Positions 11,506 through 22,770 of a stretch of DNA of 46,357 nucleotides are shown piece by piece. The stretch covers positions 1-46,357 of the forward strand of contig RBNJ01000054.1 in the NCBI GenBank assembly GCA_003990765.1. The letters run 5' to 3'. The translations under genes and the position numbers were made by a program. Position 1 is the stretch's first letter. Each line of letters starts with the position of its first letter. Below the pieces are notes generated by a model. It saw only the letters and a program-made list of their open reading frames with translations, searched no databases and was not told the origin of the DNA. Source of the stretch: Jimgerdemannia flammicorona. Taxonomy: Eukaryota.

Positions 11506-11786
11506 GGAAATTTGTTGTCCGAAGAACTGAAATCTAAAATCTGCCCCCTTTATTATCTTTGATTATTAATATGGTCGTTTGAAAACTAGTACTGTCACAC
11601 ATGTAATAGCGCCACGTTATAAAAAAGCCTCGAGGATGGTGCGGCTTGTATGCGATTTTCACCACCTTAAATTAGATGTAAGCAAAGGAGGTTTCAAAGA
11701 ATTGATCCCTAATAAATCGATAATAAAGGGGCTGTTTGCAACTTGAAAAAGTCAGATTTAGGGCGACGTCTTTGTTAACAAATTCC
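11506..11786. mobile_element. degenerate foldback/MITE-like inverted repeat
   Basis: 'gcccccttttattatctttgattatt' (11543) pairs imperfectly with 'aataaatcgataataaaggggc' (11711). Outer 'ggaaatttgtt' pairs with 'aacaaattcc'. Confidence 0.4.
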
Positions 11787-12407
11787 TTAAGGCGTCTGAG
11801 ATCTACCGTGTGAGCTTTAAAAGCAACCATTATACGCGGAATTCTTGGATACCTCGTTCCGCGGATTTCAATATTTCTAAGAATAATTTTATTGCAGTTA
11901 ACTTATAGCTATTAATTATACATAAATGCCTGACTAATTCTATAAGATATATATTTAAATCCGCTTCGTATGTCGGCGAACATGTTCCACCCAAGCCACA
12001 GGGCCATAGGTCGATCACGCGCCCATTCCCCTCTGCTAACGCATCGTGTCATAACACATCGCTCGCTTCGTCCACCTCAACAACTTCCGCCTGCTCGCAT
12101 ATTCTGGATTCCGTGTCCTAGCGTTCGACCAGAACGGTACGGGGTTGCATTCGATTCTTCGTTTCGGTTCGTGTCGGTCCATGCCCACGAGATTCTCACT
12201 TGAGAAATTTCTTATGATTCGTAGAACGTATAAAAGGAGACCTTTGCCAAGAATATGTCAAATCAAGCGAGGACGGATGATTGCGAGCGGGAAGCAGGTG
12301 AGGGTGAGGTCGTTTCGGAGGGGGCAAGAATTGTTTGTCTTTGTGCGTCATCACCGCTTATAGGTGAAAATAAAACAAGTTCGGGCACCAAATATATCAT
12401 AAGCAAA

Positions 12408-13300
12408 ATGCGCCATATCCCTAATCGCAACTTTACGCGTCCTCACACATCAAATCTCCGTCTCCAAACCTAGAAACCTTCCAGGGTCCCGCTCACCTTA
12501 CCTACTTCCGTACTTACCCCTCCCGCCTCCACCTCCAAGCATATTAACGCCGCTCTGCTCGGACGACGAAGAAGGCGAAGGTGAGATTGGCACGGCGACG
12601 ACGATCTTCGCCAAGGGTAAACTCAAGGCCATTCGGAAGCTGAGGATCCACGCGGGAGCCACCTTCTTGTGATGATGACAAACGACTTGTCGATAACCGC
12701 CGCGCGTTCAGGAACATGCGGCTTGCACCCGATGCGGGCGACCTGTTCGGATCGCCGGGTAAGCGGAGGAAGCATACGCATCTTGTATACCCGGGCGCTA
12801 GGAAGGATAGGGCTGACGAGGGCCCATCGCGCGCAGAAAGGAAAAGGAGGGTCGAACGGCACTGAGTTCGGGAGAGCGAGGAGGAGGAGGAGAAGACCGA
12901 ATTGGGGAAGGAGTCGCACTCTGGACACGAGCTTGAACCGCAGCTGGAGAGGGAGGGAGGCAGGAAAGGGGACCGGTAGGGTCGACGCGCGGGAGGACGA
13001 GTCGCAGCCACCGAATTCAATGTCTGCAACGCCTGTCACATCGGCGCAAGCTGCCGCCTAATCAGGATTTGGAGGTCGCCGGCGATGACGATGATGGGGA
13101 GGGCACATCGGATGCGGAGAGTTCATCTCAGGACGTGAGAGAGTCGTTGGGAAGAAGACAAATGGGACCGAGAGGACAAAAGAGAGTGAAAAAGCTTGGA
13201 GGAAAATGAGGAGGGAGAGACGGGGAGAGTGTGGCAAGTTTTCAGAGTTTGGGGAGTGGAGAGCGGAATGTAATGGAAGGCACAAGGATGGTGTTCACGG
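12408..13300 (+). pseudogene. GC-rich coding-like tract, probably a decayed low-complexity protein gene
   Basis: Purine/CpG-rich, with long charged frames interrupted by TGA/TAG stops. No recognisable domain. Confidence 0.25.
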
Positions 13301-15041
13301 GAACAATTGCGGGAGTGTGGTTTTTGCCTTCTGGCTTCTATCTGGAATGCTTCTATCTGGAATACCTGGTGTAGCATATCTCTGTCGTCTTATCAAAAGT
13401 TGTAATTTTCTCTTTAATCTTTTCTATTTTCGCCACTTTATTATGTTGTTTTTATTTATTTATTTATTTGTATTTTCTTATCCAATGTCAGCCGCATTAT
13501 TTTGGCATGATTGCTCAAATTACAGTTGGTTGTTGCAGCGTCTCCCCTTTTGACAAAACTGTGGTGCTATTGAACTCTTCAAGTCGATTGGTTTCGACTT
13601 TTTGTTTTCAGTATCCAATTCACGTGCCTCGTTGCCAGGATATCTAATTACGTTTTAATTGTAACTCGATATTCCGTGTGTTCCACTCCTTATAAATAGG
13701 AGGACTCTTCCATTTATCCCATTGCATACCTCAATCTGTACTTATGCATATTTGATTACTATCTATAGTTCAGTATTTGCTTGTAAAAAGTCCTGAAATG
13801 AAATTTTTCGATTATGAATCGTTGAAAGCGGACAATCGGTGGACACCATTTTCAAGTTGTGGCCGAGTGTGAGTTGCGCATCAATACTAGTTGGAGGCTT
13901 TTTTGCCGGGAACTACCCTTGCTCTTGTACGAGAGAGCACCAACATCGATAATAAAGGCGACCACAACAATCTGGCGCTGACGTGATAGTCTCAAAGAGG
14001 ACATGTTGGCTACGTTTTAATATATAGCGATTCCGCGCCATTCGGAATCTTTTGGCAGAGGAGGGCCCACGACAATTCGTCGTACCTCTCGTCGTCGGCG
14101 GGGGAGGAAGTCCCCCGACAATTTATACGCCGATTTCCCCACTTACCGCACACTATGCTAACTGACTTATATTGCCTTGTGAGGTGGAAGTGGATGATTA
14201 AGGGGGAGATAATGCAGAAATGGCCGAAGGGGTGGATAAATGATGTGGTGGTATAGGATATTCAGGGTGTTGTTTCCTAAGATGGATGGCAAGACCAGCC
14301 GAGCATGAAACACACGGATAATTGAATGGGACTTTGCTTAAACCATCCTCATCGTAAACTTTCGTCACAAAGACATACACGGGTGATGCTTCGATTTATT
14401 ATGAAGTTTATTTACATACGTACTCAACGACTATGATAAAACATTTACGTGCAACCCTCTTAGCGTTACCTGGAAGCCACCGCGAGGAGGTGGGGTTGCG
14501 TCGGCTTCCATGTACCTTATAAAGCCCTTAAAAACCTACCATCCATCCAGATCACCCTCCTACGCCGGCCCCGACGTCTTGATGCCTCTCCTCCTAGCCG
14601 ACCAAATATAGGCGGGAAACATCCCCTTTGCGGGACGGCTCCACTTGCCCAGGGGAGTACGCCGCAGCATTCGCCACTCGTCCTGTTGACTCCTCCAGCC
14701 CTTGTACATGATCAAGGGCTTCGTGAGGGACGGAGGTGACGCTGTCTCTTCTGGCTCCAGGCCTGCCTTTGACTCACCGGACAGTGCTGGAGGGACGCCA
14801 CAACTCATCCGTATAGGGCAATAGTGCCTCATCCTTCTTGACTCGGTGGTTCAGTTAGACGCAAGTCCTCTACCATAAACAATAACGCAAACAATAACAC
14901 AAACGAAAACAATAACATAAAGGTAAAAATAACACAAGCACGCCAAGGAGCTCCTCCCGAACCGGCCGAGGGATGGAAGCACCACACTAAACCCGTTGAG
15001 AGGAGGGAGGTCCTGTACAAAAAGAATGGGAAGAAGGAAAC

Positions 15042-15073
15042 GTTAGTAAGTTAGTAAGTTAGTAAGTTAGTAA
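15042..15073. repeat. (GTTAGTAA)4 microsatellite
   Basis: Four perfect 8-bp units. Confidence 0.9.
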
Positions 15074-15873
15074 TACGCACCGCTGCGCCGCTATGCCACT
15101 ACGCTGCTACGACCGGGGGTCTATGAAATAATAGAAAAAAGAACGGCACTCCGATCAAATGAGGTGGGTTGTCAACGGTCGACATAAAACACGAACAAAA
15201 AGGATAAGGTGAAGGGAAAGGAAAGGGATGGACGCAGCGACGGTTGGAAGTGCGCGGCGGGCATATCGCCCAACAATCGCGTGACTCGATAACACTGAGG
15301 TCATTGCGTTTCAGAAGTCCCTGCATTTCATGTGCCCACCGTCGAACTGCCCCACTCACTGAATTTCTGGTGACGTACGCTGAAACACGTACGCCAAAGC
15401 ACGACTTACACGTTCTGATGTCGGAAACCTGGTGGGCCGATTTTGACAGTAAGGTAAAAGCCAAAAAAAAAAAAAAAAAAAAAAAAGTGGTCCACCACAT
15501 CACTAATAGCTTATCAGTCTCAACTGCTACTTAAACAAATATATTGTAAAGTGTCCTTTACATAAAATACGAAGACGGGAACCGTAAATTGAAAATAAAG
15601 TGGAGCCCTCTGCATAAAGTACGAAGACGTAAACTGTAAAATGTAAATAAATGTATGTAAAATAGATTGTAACAGATGGGTTTGGCTATTCGCGTTAAAG
15701 CGAAGGAGCCGTTTATTGTACTTAACCACAAGGGATGGGTGGGAGCGATGCGCAAACAGATTAAAATGCTAAGTTACCGGTGTGGTATATGCTTAATTGC
15801 TGAGTTGGACATTACGTGCTGAAACCACTGAATCTGGCGTAGATGTGAAATTGGCGCTAAGCACAGGAAAGTT

Positions 15874-15972
15874 CCGCATGAATGTTCAGCAGTCCGAGCA
15901 GTCCGAGCAGTCCGCATGAATATTAAGCGGGCCGCATGAAGCGGTCCGCATGAATGTTAAGCCGCATGAATA
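15874..15972. repeat. cluster of five CCGCATGAA motifs with AGCAGTCCG repeats
   Basis: Read directly from the sequence. Confidence 0.85.
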
Positions 15973-16234
15973 GCCAACTCCCCACTACCAGCGATCGATG
16001 GTTTAATAAAATGCGAGGGTCAAAACAGATATGCATTGCGCACTTTGGAACTCGTTCATTCTTGAACTTCAATGTGCATGGGCGGTTGGCCATAATTCCA
16101 GTAAAATTTTCATCTATGAATAAATCAAAAAACTCACTCTCTCCAAACTCGCCTACTGTTGATCCCGATCATATCTGGCAAGGCATGACCCATATGCATT
16201 GTATTTGCACTGGAGATTCCTAATGCAAGGAGAC

Positions 16235-16265
<31 letters not shown>

Positions 16266-16367
16266 GACCATCACAATGACACTTTTTCAGCCACAATGAA
16301 GTCGTGACAACAGACAACCACAAAATTTTTTCATTGCTATACATTGGCCGAACAGTCCTCTGGGTAC

Positions 16368-17730
16368 TGTAACGTGCCCGGCTCAATGGAGGCGAATTAC
16401 AAGATTGGGGCTGCTATGTAGTTTGGCTTGAGCCCCCAGTTACTTTGTCAAAAGCAACAAAATGTTCTATGATTCCGTGGTGGTGTTTGGTCAAATCTGG
16501 ATACAGCAGTCGATTTCCTTATTGGGACGGGTTCTAGGGAGTAAGTGGCGATTTGTGTAGCGCAACGATCTCCAAAAGTATGCGATTTCAGGGTGACGAT
16601 CGTGTAACCAAAAGTATATATGAGATTTCTGCGTGTCGATCTCTGTGAGTGGATTTCCTTATGCGATTTCTGAGTGACGATCTTAGTAACACGGCGAATT
16701 TGGTGGTATTCCTCAATAGGCGGCGAGTTGCTTGAATAACTCGGATAACTCGGATGGCGCGGATTCTTCCTGAATCGGCGAGCTTCTTGAATAATAACTC
16801 GGATAACTCGGGCGGCGCGGATTCTCCTGAATCGGTGGACTTCTTGAATGGCGTGGATTCTTCTTGACTGACAAAGTTACGTCGAAGACTGGCTTCGTTT
16901 GCGCGAATGTAAGTTCACTGCGAAGTTGCATCTTATACTAGACTGACTTTGCGGCAAGATGCAGGCAGACTTCTTGAATAAAGCAGACTTCTCTTCTTTG
17001 TATCGGAAAGTGGACCAGAGTGGAAAGTAAGCTCACAATCTCCTAGTAGTGGCTTTAGAGTGGGTGTTTCTCCTAAGTGTTGCAATCCTTTTCCCTCAAA
17101 GTGTGGTAGGCAGGCTTGTCTTTGGCTTTTGAACTTTTCAGACTGAGGTTTATTCACTCTTGTCTCTGGGGTATATTATACAGTTGTGGTTGCTATCTGG
17201 TTGCTATATGGCTAACTATTTCTAGTAATATTTAGCTGTTCTTGTTGGGAATATGAATCTTAAATTCTGGTGCAGCGTATCAGCTAGGAACACTTTGTGC
17301 CCTTATTTGGCTATCTGGGTTATTTATACAAGTTGGTGCAGTAAGGTAGTCCAGGTTGCCTAGTGTACTTGATATGGTATATAGTGACTAATTTGAATGG
17401 TAACTTGGTATATTTTTTTACTGGCTTATCACATCAGTCTCCACTAAAGGATAGTCTACCCCAGGCTGTCCTTTAGTCATCATTTCAATATAAATAGACA
17501 TCTTCTGCATCAGCTCCTATTTCATCATCTTCTTCTTCTTCTTTGGAAAATAATATCTTGACATAATGGATGATGCTCAGATAGATGGCAGGGATCATTC
17601 TTTAGATATCTCCAAGACAGAATTGGGCCTGGGTTAATACTCCTTCATTTTACTTGTAGATGGTATAGAGTCTGTCTGCTGCAATAGTATTCCTTTAGGT
17701 GAGACTGGTGAGATGTCTGGTATAAGTATT
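16368..17730 (-). mobile_element. truncated Ty3/gypsy copy: 3' LTR (16368-17433) plus about 300 bp of adjacent internal sequence
   Basis: 'tgtaacgtgcccggctcaatggaggcgaattacaagattgggg' is the reverse complement of the LTR end at 37540-37581. The other end reads TGTGATAA on the minus strand at 17433, preceded by 'tatcctttagtggagactga' as at 36211-36230. 17434-17730 matches the 3' ORF region 35890-36230. Confidence 0.92.
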
Positions 17731-17940
17731 GTATGGACAAGACCTATACGATGCCGAGCTGGAGAGCCGGAGATATCACAAGCCACCCACTAACCATCAC
17801 ATACATTCCGCGTGTAATGGCGTGAACGATCACTGCGAATTATCAAAGTCGGCGAGTGGCCAGATTATCGTCAATTTCTACTATTTTGATTTTGACACAT
17901 GGCTTATATTTGATAGGCAATGGGTTTTCGTTTCACAGGT
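17731..17940 (+). pseudogene. 3' remnant of another copy of the orphan gene
   Basis: QDLYDAELESRR...TNHHIHSA matches QDLYDAEPESRR...TNHHMHSA of 3456..3728(-). Downstream 'atatttgataggcaatg.gttttcgtttcac' matches 3377-3406 reversed. Confidence 0.75.
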
Positions 17941-18149
17941 ATGAAACGAGCTGTATTATCGGTCATTCATTTATTTGGACAATACCCCCCGATTCACGCC
18001 TTCTCCCGCGCCAAACCCAGCTCTCATCCTCCCTTTTCATCCTGAACCAGTAACGATTGATCAGTCTTATCCTTTTCCTTTACCTTCGCACGCTAAATCT
18101 CTAACCGCCCATTGTTCACGCCCCCCCCCCCCCCCCCCCCCCCCACCCC

Positions 18150-18400
18150 TGTAGTGGCCAGCATGTCCCACCAGTAAAGGAGGAGACTAGCGCTGGCATC
18201 GGTGGGTTGGTAGAGATGAGGGCGAGTGAGTTGAGAGTGGAATTTGGAGGAAGGTTTTGATCGGTTAGGGTTGTATAGCATTTTCTTTCGTTAGTTATTT
18301 CATTTTTCATTCCCTTTGCACGGACGCATATCGTCCTAATAGGGTCTCGGTCCCATGCCACAAGGATTACCTCAAAATAGCCAACCCAAAATCCGCACCA
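18150..18400 (+). pseudogene. 3' remnant of the 7TM-receptor-like gene
   Basis: 'gcgctggcatcggtgggttggtagagatgaggg' and 'ttttcattccctttgcacggacgcatatcgtcc...ctcaaaatagccaacccaaaatcc' match the reverse complement of 6393-6610. Confidence 0.75.
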
Positions 18401-19036
18401 TAGATCTCCATTCGCGCCGAGCGGCCAAAGGGCAATGAGGGATGTTTATATTTTACTTACCAATCCCTCCCTTGTGTAAATTTCTCATATTTTCTTCCAT
18501 TCTCCCTGTTCATTTATCTTCTCGTTCGCGTTTGTATTTAACATATCGATGACTATATTATTTCACGGACCGAATACCTCATCTGTGGTACGGCCAAGAT
18601 GTGGATGATAGCGATGGATTGTGTTTTTTATCCCGAACGTTCCTGTTGACCTATGAGTTATTTCCAGTTTGAACAACAGATGGATACCAAATTGAGATGT
18701 CCACGGAAAATAAAATAAGAGCCAAAGGGAATTTCGGATCTTTGGAGCATCGTTTAGTAGTTTCTAGCCTGCATACCATGAGGAAGAGTGGGACATATGG
18801 CAGAAGGTTAGGAAGAGCTGTTTGATTTGCGGGTTTTGCATTCAATTGGAATGACATTATGATTTGTGATGGATCAATGAGATGCTATATAATAGTAATG
18901 CCATCGCACATACCATAAAAAAAAAAAAGACAAAAATTAAATTAACGCCAACCTTGAGCCATCACGCTAACAGACTCGATCGTCGTACTCACCAAATATA
19001 CAATTCATGCCACAGAATCCAAACTTGAACAATCGC

Positions 19037-19225
19037 TCATAATGCCAACAAACAGCACTGACCGACGTTCTCTCCACGGAACCTCCTACTTCCCGTGCAT
19101 CCTTTCTCCTTACTTCTCTGCTCGGGGCCCTCCTCCTCCCCCTCCTCATCCTCCTCCTGCGCCCTATTGGAAGGAGGTCCGCTGGGCGAAGAAATAGTCT
19201 CGCCATAGGCTGGGGGCGAGGGCAT
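19037..19225 (-). other. short acidic ORF 'B' (62 aa), coding status doubtful
   Basis: MPSPPAYGETISSP...EEDEEGEEEGPE. The YGETISS motif is retained in the 2070(-) and 5610(+) copies, but those frames are broken. Confidence 0.3.
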
Positions 19226-20234
19226 GGCCGAGGGAAGAGTTTTGTGTCCGCTGACTAAAATTGTTGGTTATTTTCGATCTGTAATGCCTCAAGCATTTGT
19301 GATTTTTGTAGCAATTTTGGGTCTTTATTTATAATTAGATCATACTGGAAGGCCTTAAATATCAGTCGGTTAGACTTATAGGAGTGTTAAGTCTGATCTT
19401 ATTATATCTTACCACCATATTACCCAATCGCAATGTCAGTATAGAATGTGTTAATTGGTGTTCTGACCGAAGTTTGTTCTCATATCTTTAGTTAGAATAA
19501 AAAAATGATGCTGTGTTTGTCGATATTAGCCCCAGTGTGTTGCGAAAAGGATTGGTCGGAGTGACCTGGGGTTATTGATGATGGATATTATTTGGGTCAG
19601 CTGGAGGCACTGAACTTGGTGAGTGCCGTTGCTCATTCGTTGCCTCGACTTTTCGGGATACCAGTAATTCAGTTTTACTTATGGCGCTTGTTTTTGTAAC
19701 GTTTCTTTTGTCTCCGGAATTGGAGAATGTTCCCTGGTATGGCGTTGATGCATGCATCGCAAGAAATATAATAAATATGCAGTACGAGAGAAGCCAGAAA
19801 ACTGAGGTCCCCAAAACCTAAAGCAACACAATCCGCGGAACCAGAAACAAAGAAAGCGGCTTGTGATTGAGGTCCCTCACGTGTGGTCAGTAGGACAAAA
19901 ACCAAGAAAAGTGGATAATATAACCTGATCAATTAAAATCCCGAAAGTTCAAAGTCATACGTATATACACATGCCAAAAATAAATGACTCCAATGGAGAA
20001 TCAATTGTGACTTGGAGAAAAATAATTCAAGCCTCTAGATGGTATATACGTATAGTCAGCCGCCTTTTTTTTGTGGGGGGGGAGGGGAACCTATATTCAT
20101 TCACGCACACGCATATTCGTGTGACATCAGAAATCGAACTCAACATTAGTGTGATTTTTACTGCGCCATTTTGTAAAAATCGAAAAGATAAAATAAACTC
20201 GACCAATAACCTTTAAAACGACTGAGTGGAACAA

Positions 20235-20274
<40 letters not shown>

Positions 20275-20392
20275 CCCAGACTTCAAATATGCCATAGTCA
20301 CCATTTGACCGCGTATTGCCCCATTAACCAAACCCCAATCTAAGTCAAAAAAAATAAAAATAAAAAATGAAAAATACTACGCAAGGGTCGAT

Positions 20393-21295
20393 ATGTCGCA
20401 GGAACAGGAGAAGAAAGATGGCGAACCGTCATCAAGCCGTCTCGATACTCGTCTTGTGCCTATACCGTGGCCGAAGAGGTATAACCGGGAAGAGTTATCT
20501 GATAAGATGGGATTCGTTGTTGCTCCAAGGAGTGCACCTCCTGGAACGCCTGTCTTGCAAGAGAAGGTCCAGCGTGTCGATGTGGCTAATATTGCGGGAG
20601 GGGTGAGTGTTTCTTACCCCCTTTATAAATGTATGTCATTGGAAACAGGACTAATAATACGTTTATATAAGAATTCCATCACACAAGAAAAACAAATCAT
20701 GATGATCATGCTCAAGGTATGAACTGCCGATCGCCCTTGCAAGATTTGGTATGCCCCCAACTGACCATATTATTCCGTCTTAGTTATACGAGGAACTTTT
20801 GGATGCGCAATACGAGTAAGCTTGTATCACAATATTCGTGATACATATACATATCGACCTTCCGCTACATCCATACTCATTCGCACGCACACAGTGACAC
20901 CACACCAGGTCCGATAACGCTCCAAATTGGGGTACGGAGGGGCGATTATATTGTCTTCATCAATAGTCTCCATGTACGCGACGAGAAGTAAGTCTCGCCT
21001 TCTAGGAAAGCAAGTTTACAAAGTGCCTTAGTTTATCCACGTCTTTCGCATTTTACCCAGGCCACGGCTCGGCACCTTCTACGATTACGTGACCCTTCGC
21101 TTCAACGGCAGCCGCTGGAAGGTGCACATGGTGATGAATCGCTATCTGGCGCTCGCATGGGAGATTAGCGGGAAGACATGGACTTTCAATTTCCACGAAG
21201 GAAATTTCAAATTTGAGTACAAGGGGTTGTTTAGAGAAATCGAAGCGACAGACGCTCTTCACGCATCCATCTTGGCCTTTCTCCAAAATTCGTAG
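20393..21295 (+). CDS. orphan multi-exon protein, about 204 aa (227 aa if the first intron is retained), unknown function
   Basis: Exons 20393-20602, 20672-20716, 20784-20815, 20895-20987 and 21061-21295 join in frame (615 nt) with GTGAGT/GTATGA/GTAAGC/GTAAGT donors, AG acceptors and CTAAT/CTGAC branch points. The ATG context is conserved in the paralog at 4680. The C-terminal part ...GDYIVFINSLH...GTFYDYVTLRFNGSRWKVHM...WTFNFHEGNFKFEYKGLF is aromatic and probably beta-rich. Confidence 0.7.
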
Positions 21296-22384
21296 ATCTA
21301 ATTTCGACTCAAAGGCATCTGAAAATTACACTCCGCCATTATAAAATTCGTCACACTGTCCTGCCACAGCAGTATGATACAATGACACGTGCACCCAAAT
21401 ATTTGCCTTTTCCAATTTCTATGCCTAACGTTTATTTCAAAAAATCATATGCTGACAAATATCAATTTTGCCTGTATCTTTAAATTCTTTATTCTTTTTA
21501 TAAGTTGACTACCATATGTCCCCTATGCGCACAGTAAAGATAAAAACAAAATTTATACATGCGAAAAATAGGTACCGCATTGGCCAGGTTTCGGGCATAA
21601 TTACGAAGGAACACAGGGGATTGAAATTGCTGTCATCTTGACTTCTCCTGTTTCGAAGAGACTGTGCTCGATTATTGAATCAGATTAGTTTTAGGCCTTA
21701 AAAATTAATTTCTTCGTCTTTGCCCGAGAGCCCCGGCCAGCCAAGTCCCCCAGAAGTTGAAAAGGTTTGATCATGATAGCCAAGACACCAGATAATCAGG
21801 TTTTGGAATCATGGGATGCGACCTCAAGGCACTGACTACTATGCGAATCCTTAACAAGCCCCATACGGCGATACTGATCCATATAAGTTTCAGGTAAACC
21901 TTTCTATTGGACAGTTCGAGAACCCCATTGGTTCGGTGGTTACGTTCCCGTAAGCCACCTCTTTCGGCCTATTAAACCTTGCTATTATTAACTCAAGGAA
22001 ACCATTGTATATCGTAAAATCAGTTCGTATATACCTAAATCTCTCTCCCAAGAAAGCGCCAGACTCTAGATATATTAGAATTAAAGTTTGTCAACGACAA
22101 GGCTAAGTCGTCAGCAAAGTTTCCCCGCCGCAATCAACCACCGTATGTACTATTTAATTTTTCCTCATAGCTTAGTTTGCATGACGCAATTTGGACAAGC
22201 ACAAGCGGCCGTGATGTCACCAGGGGAGGCTGAAAGTGACCAATTGTGCGCGGATTCGTTCAATACTCCAAAGACTAGTCTTTTATTGCTAATGACAAAT
22301 ATTCTTATACAGAAATCTAACAGACCAATACTATAAGCTCTTCCAGCATCACGAAAATTTTTTGGACCTCTCGACTGGCGCATT

Positions 22385-22770
22385 CTGCATCCGGGCCATC
22401 TAATATCTACATCAAGGACATCTGACATCTGCATCTACATCCATATTTAAATTATCTGCATCTGAGCGAAATCCAACATCCGTGGCAGGCATATCTGGTG
22501 AGCATCTGCATCTGATGGACTTCTACCTGCATCCAGCAATCACTTCATTTGCTCACTTCATCTACCTACATCCGGATCTATCTGCATCTGGTGTTCACTT
22601 ATATATCTACCTGCATCCAGCATTCACTTCATTTGGTCACTTCATCCGTCAGTCACTTCATCTACCTGCATCTGGTGATCACTTATGTATCTACCTGCAT
22701 GTGGCGGTCACTTCATCTACCTGCGTCCGGTGATCACTATATTTACCTGCATCCGGCGGTCACTTTTCAT
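22385..22770. repeat. minisatellite of about 24-27 bp
   Basis: Recurrent 'tcacttcatctacctgcatc(c/t)gg' units, preceded by scattered 'catctg/catcc' motifs. Confidence 0.9.

Noticed and set aside
14198-15534. Several short ORFs in CpG-rich DNA
   Set aside because: Could not build a consistent spliced frame or recognise a domain. May be a decayed gene, but unsupported.
15463-20269. Other long A/T tracts (15463-15486, about 16239-16265, about 20236-20269) as additional retrocopy tails
   Set aside because: No flanking target-site duplication found by eye.
21550-22340. Possible transposase or gene relic
   Set aside because: No motif recognised on either strand.
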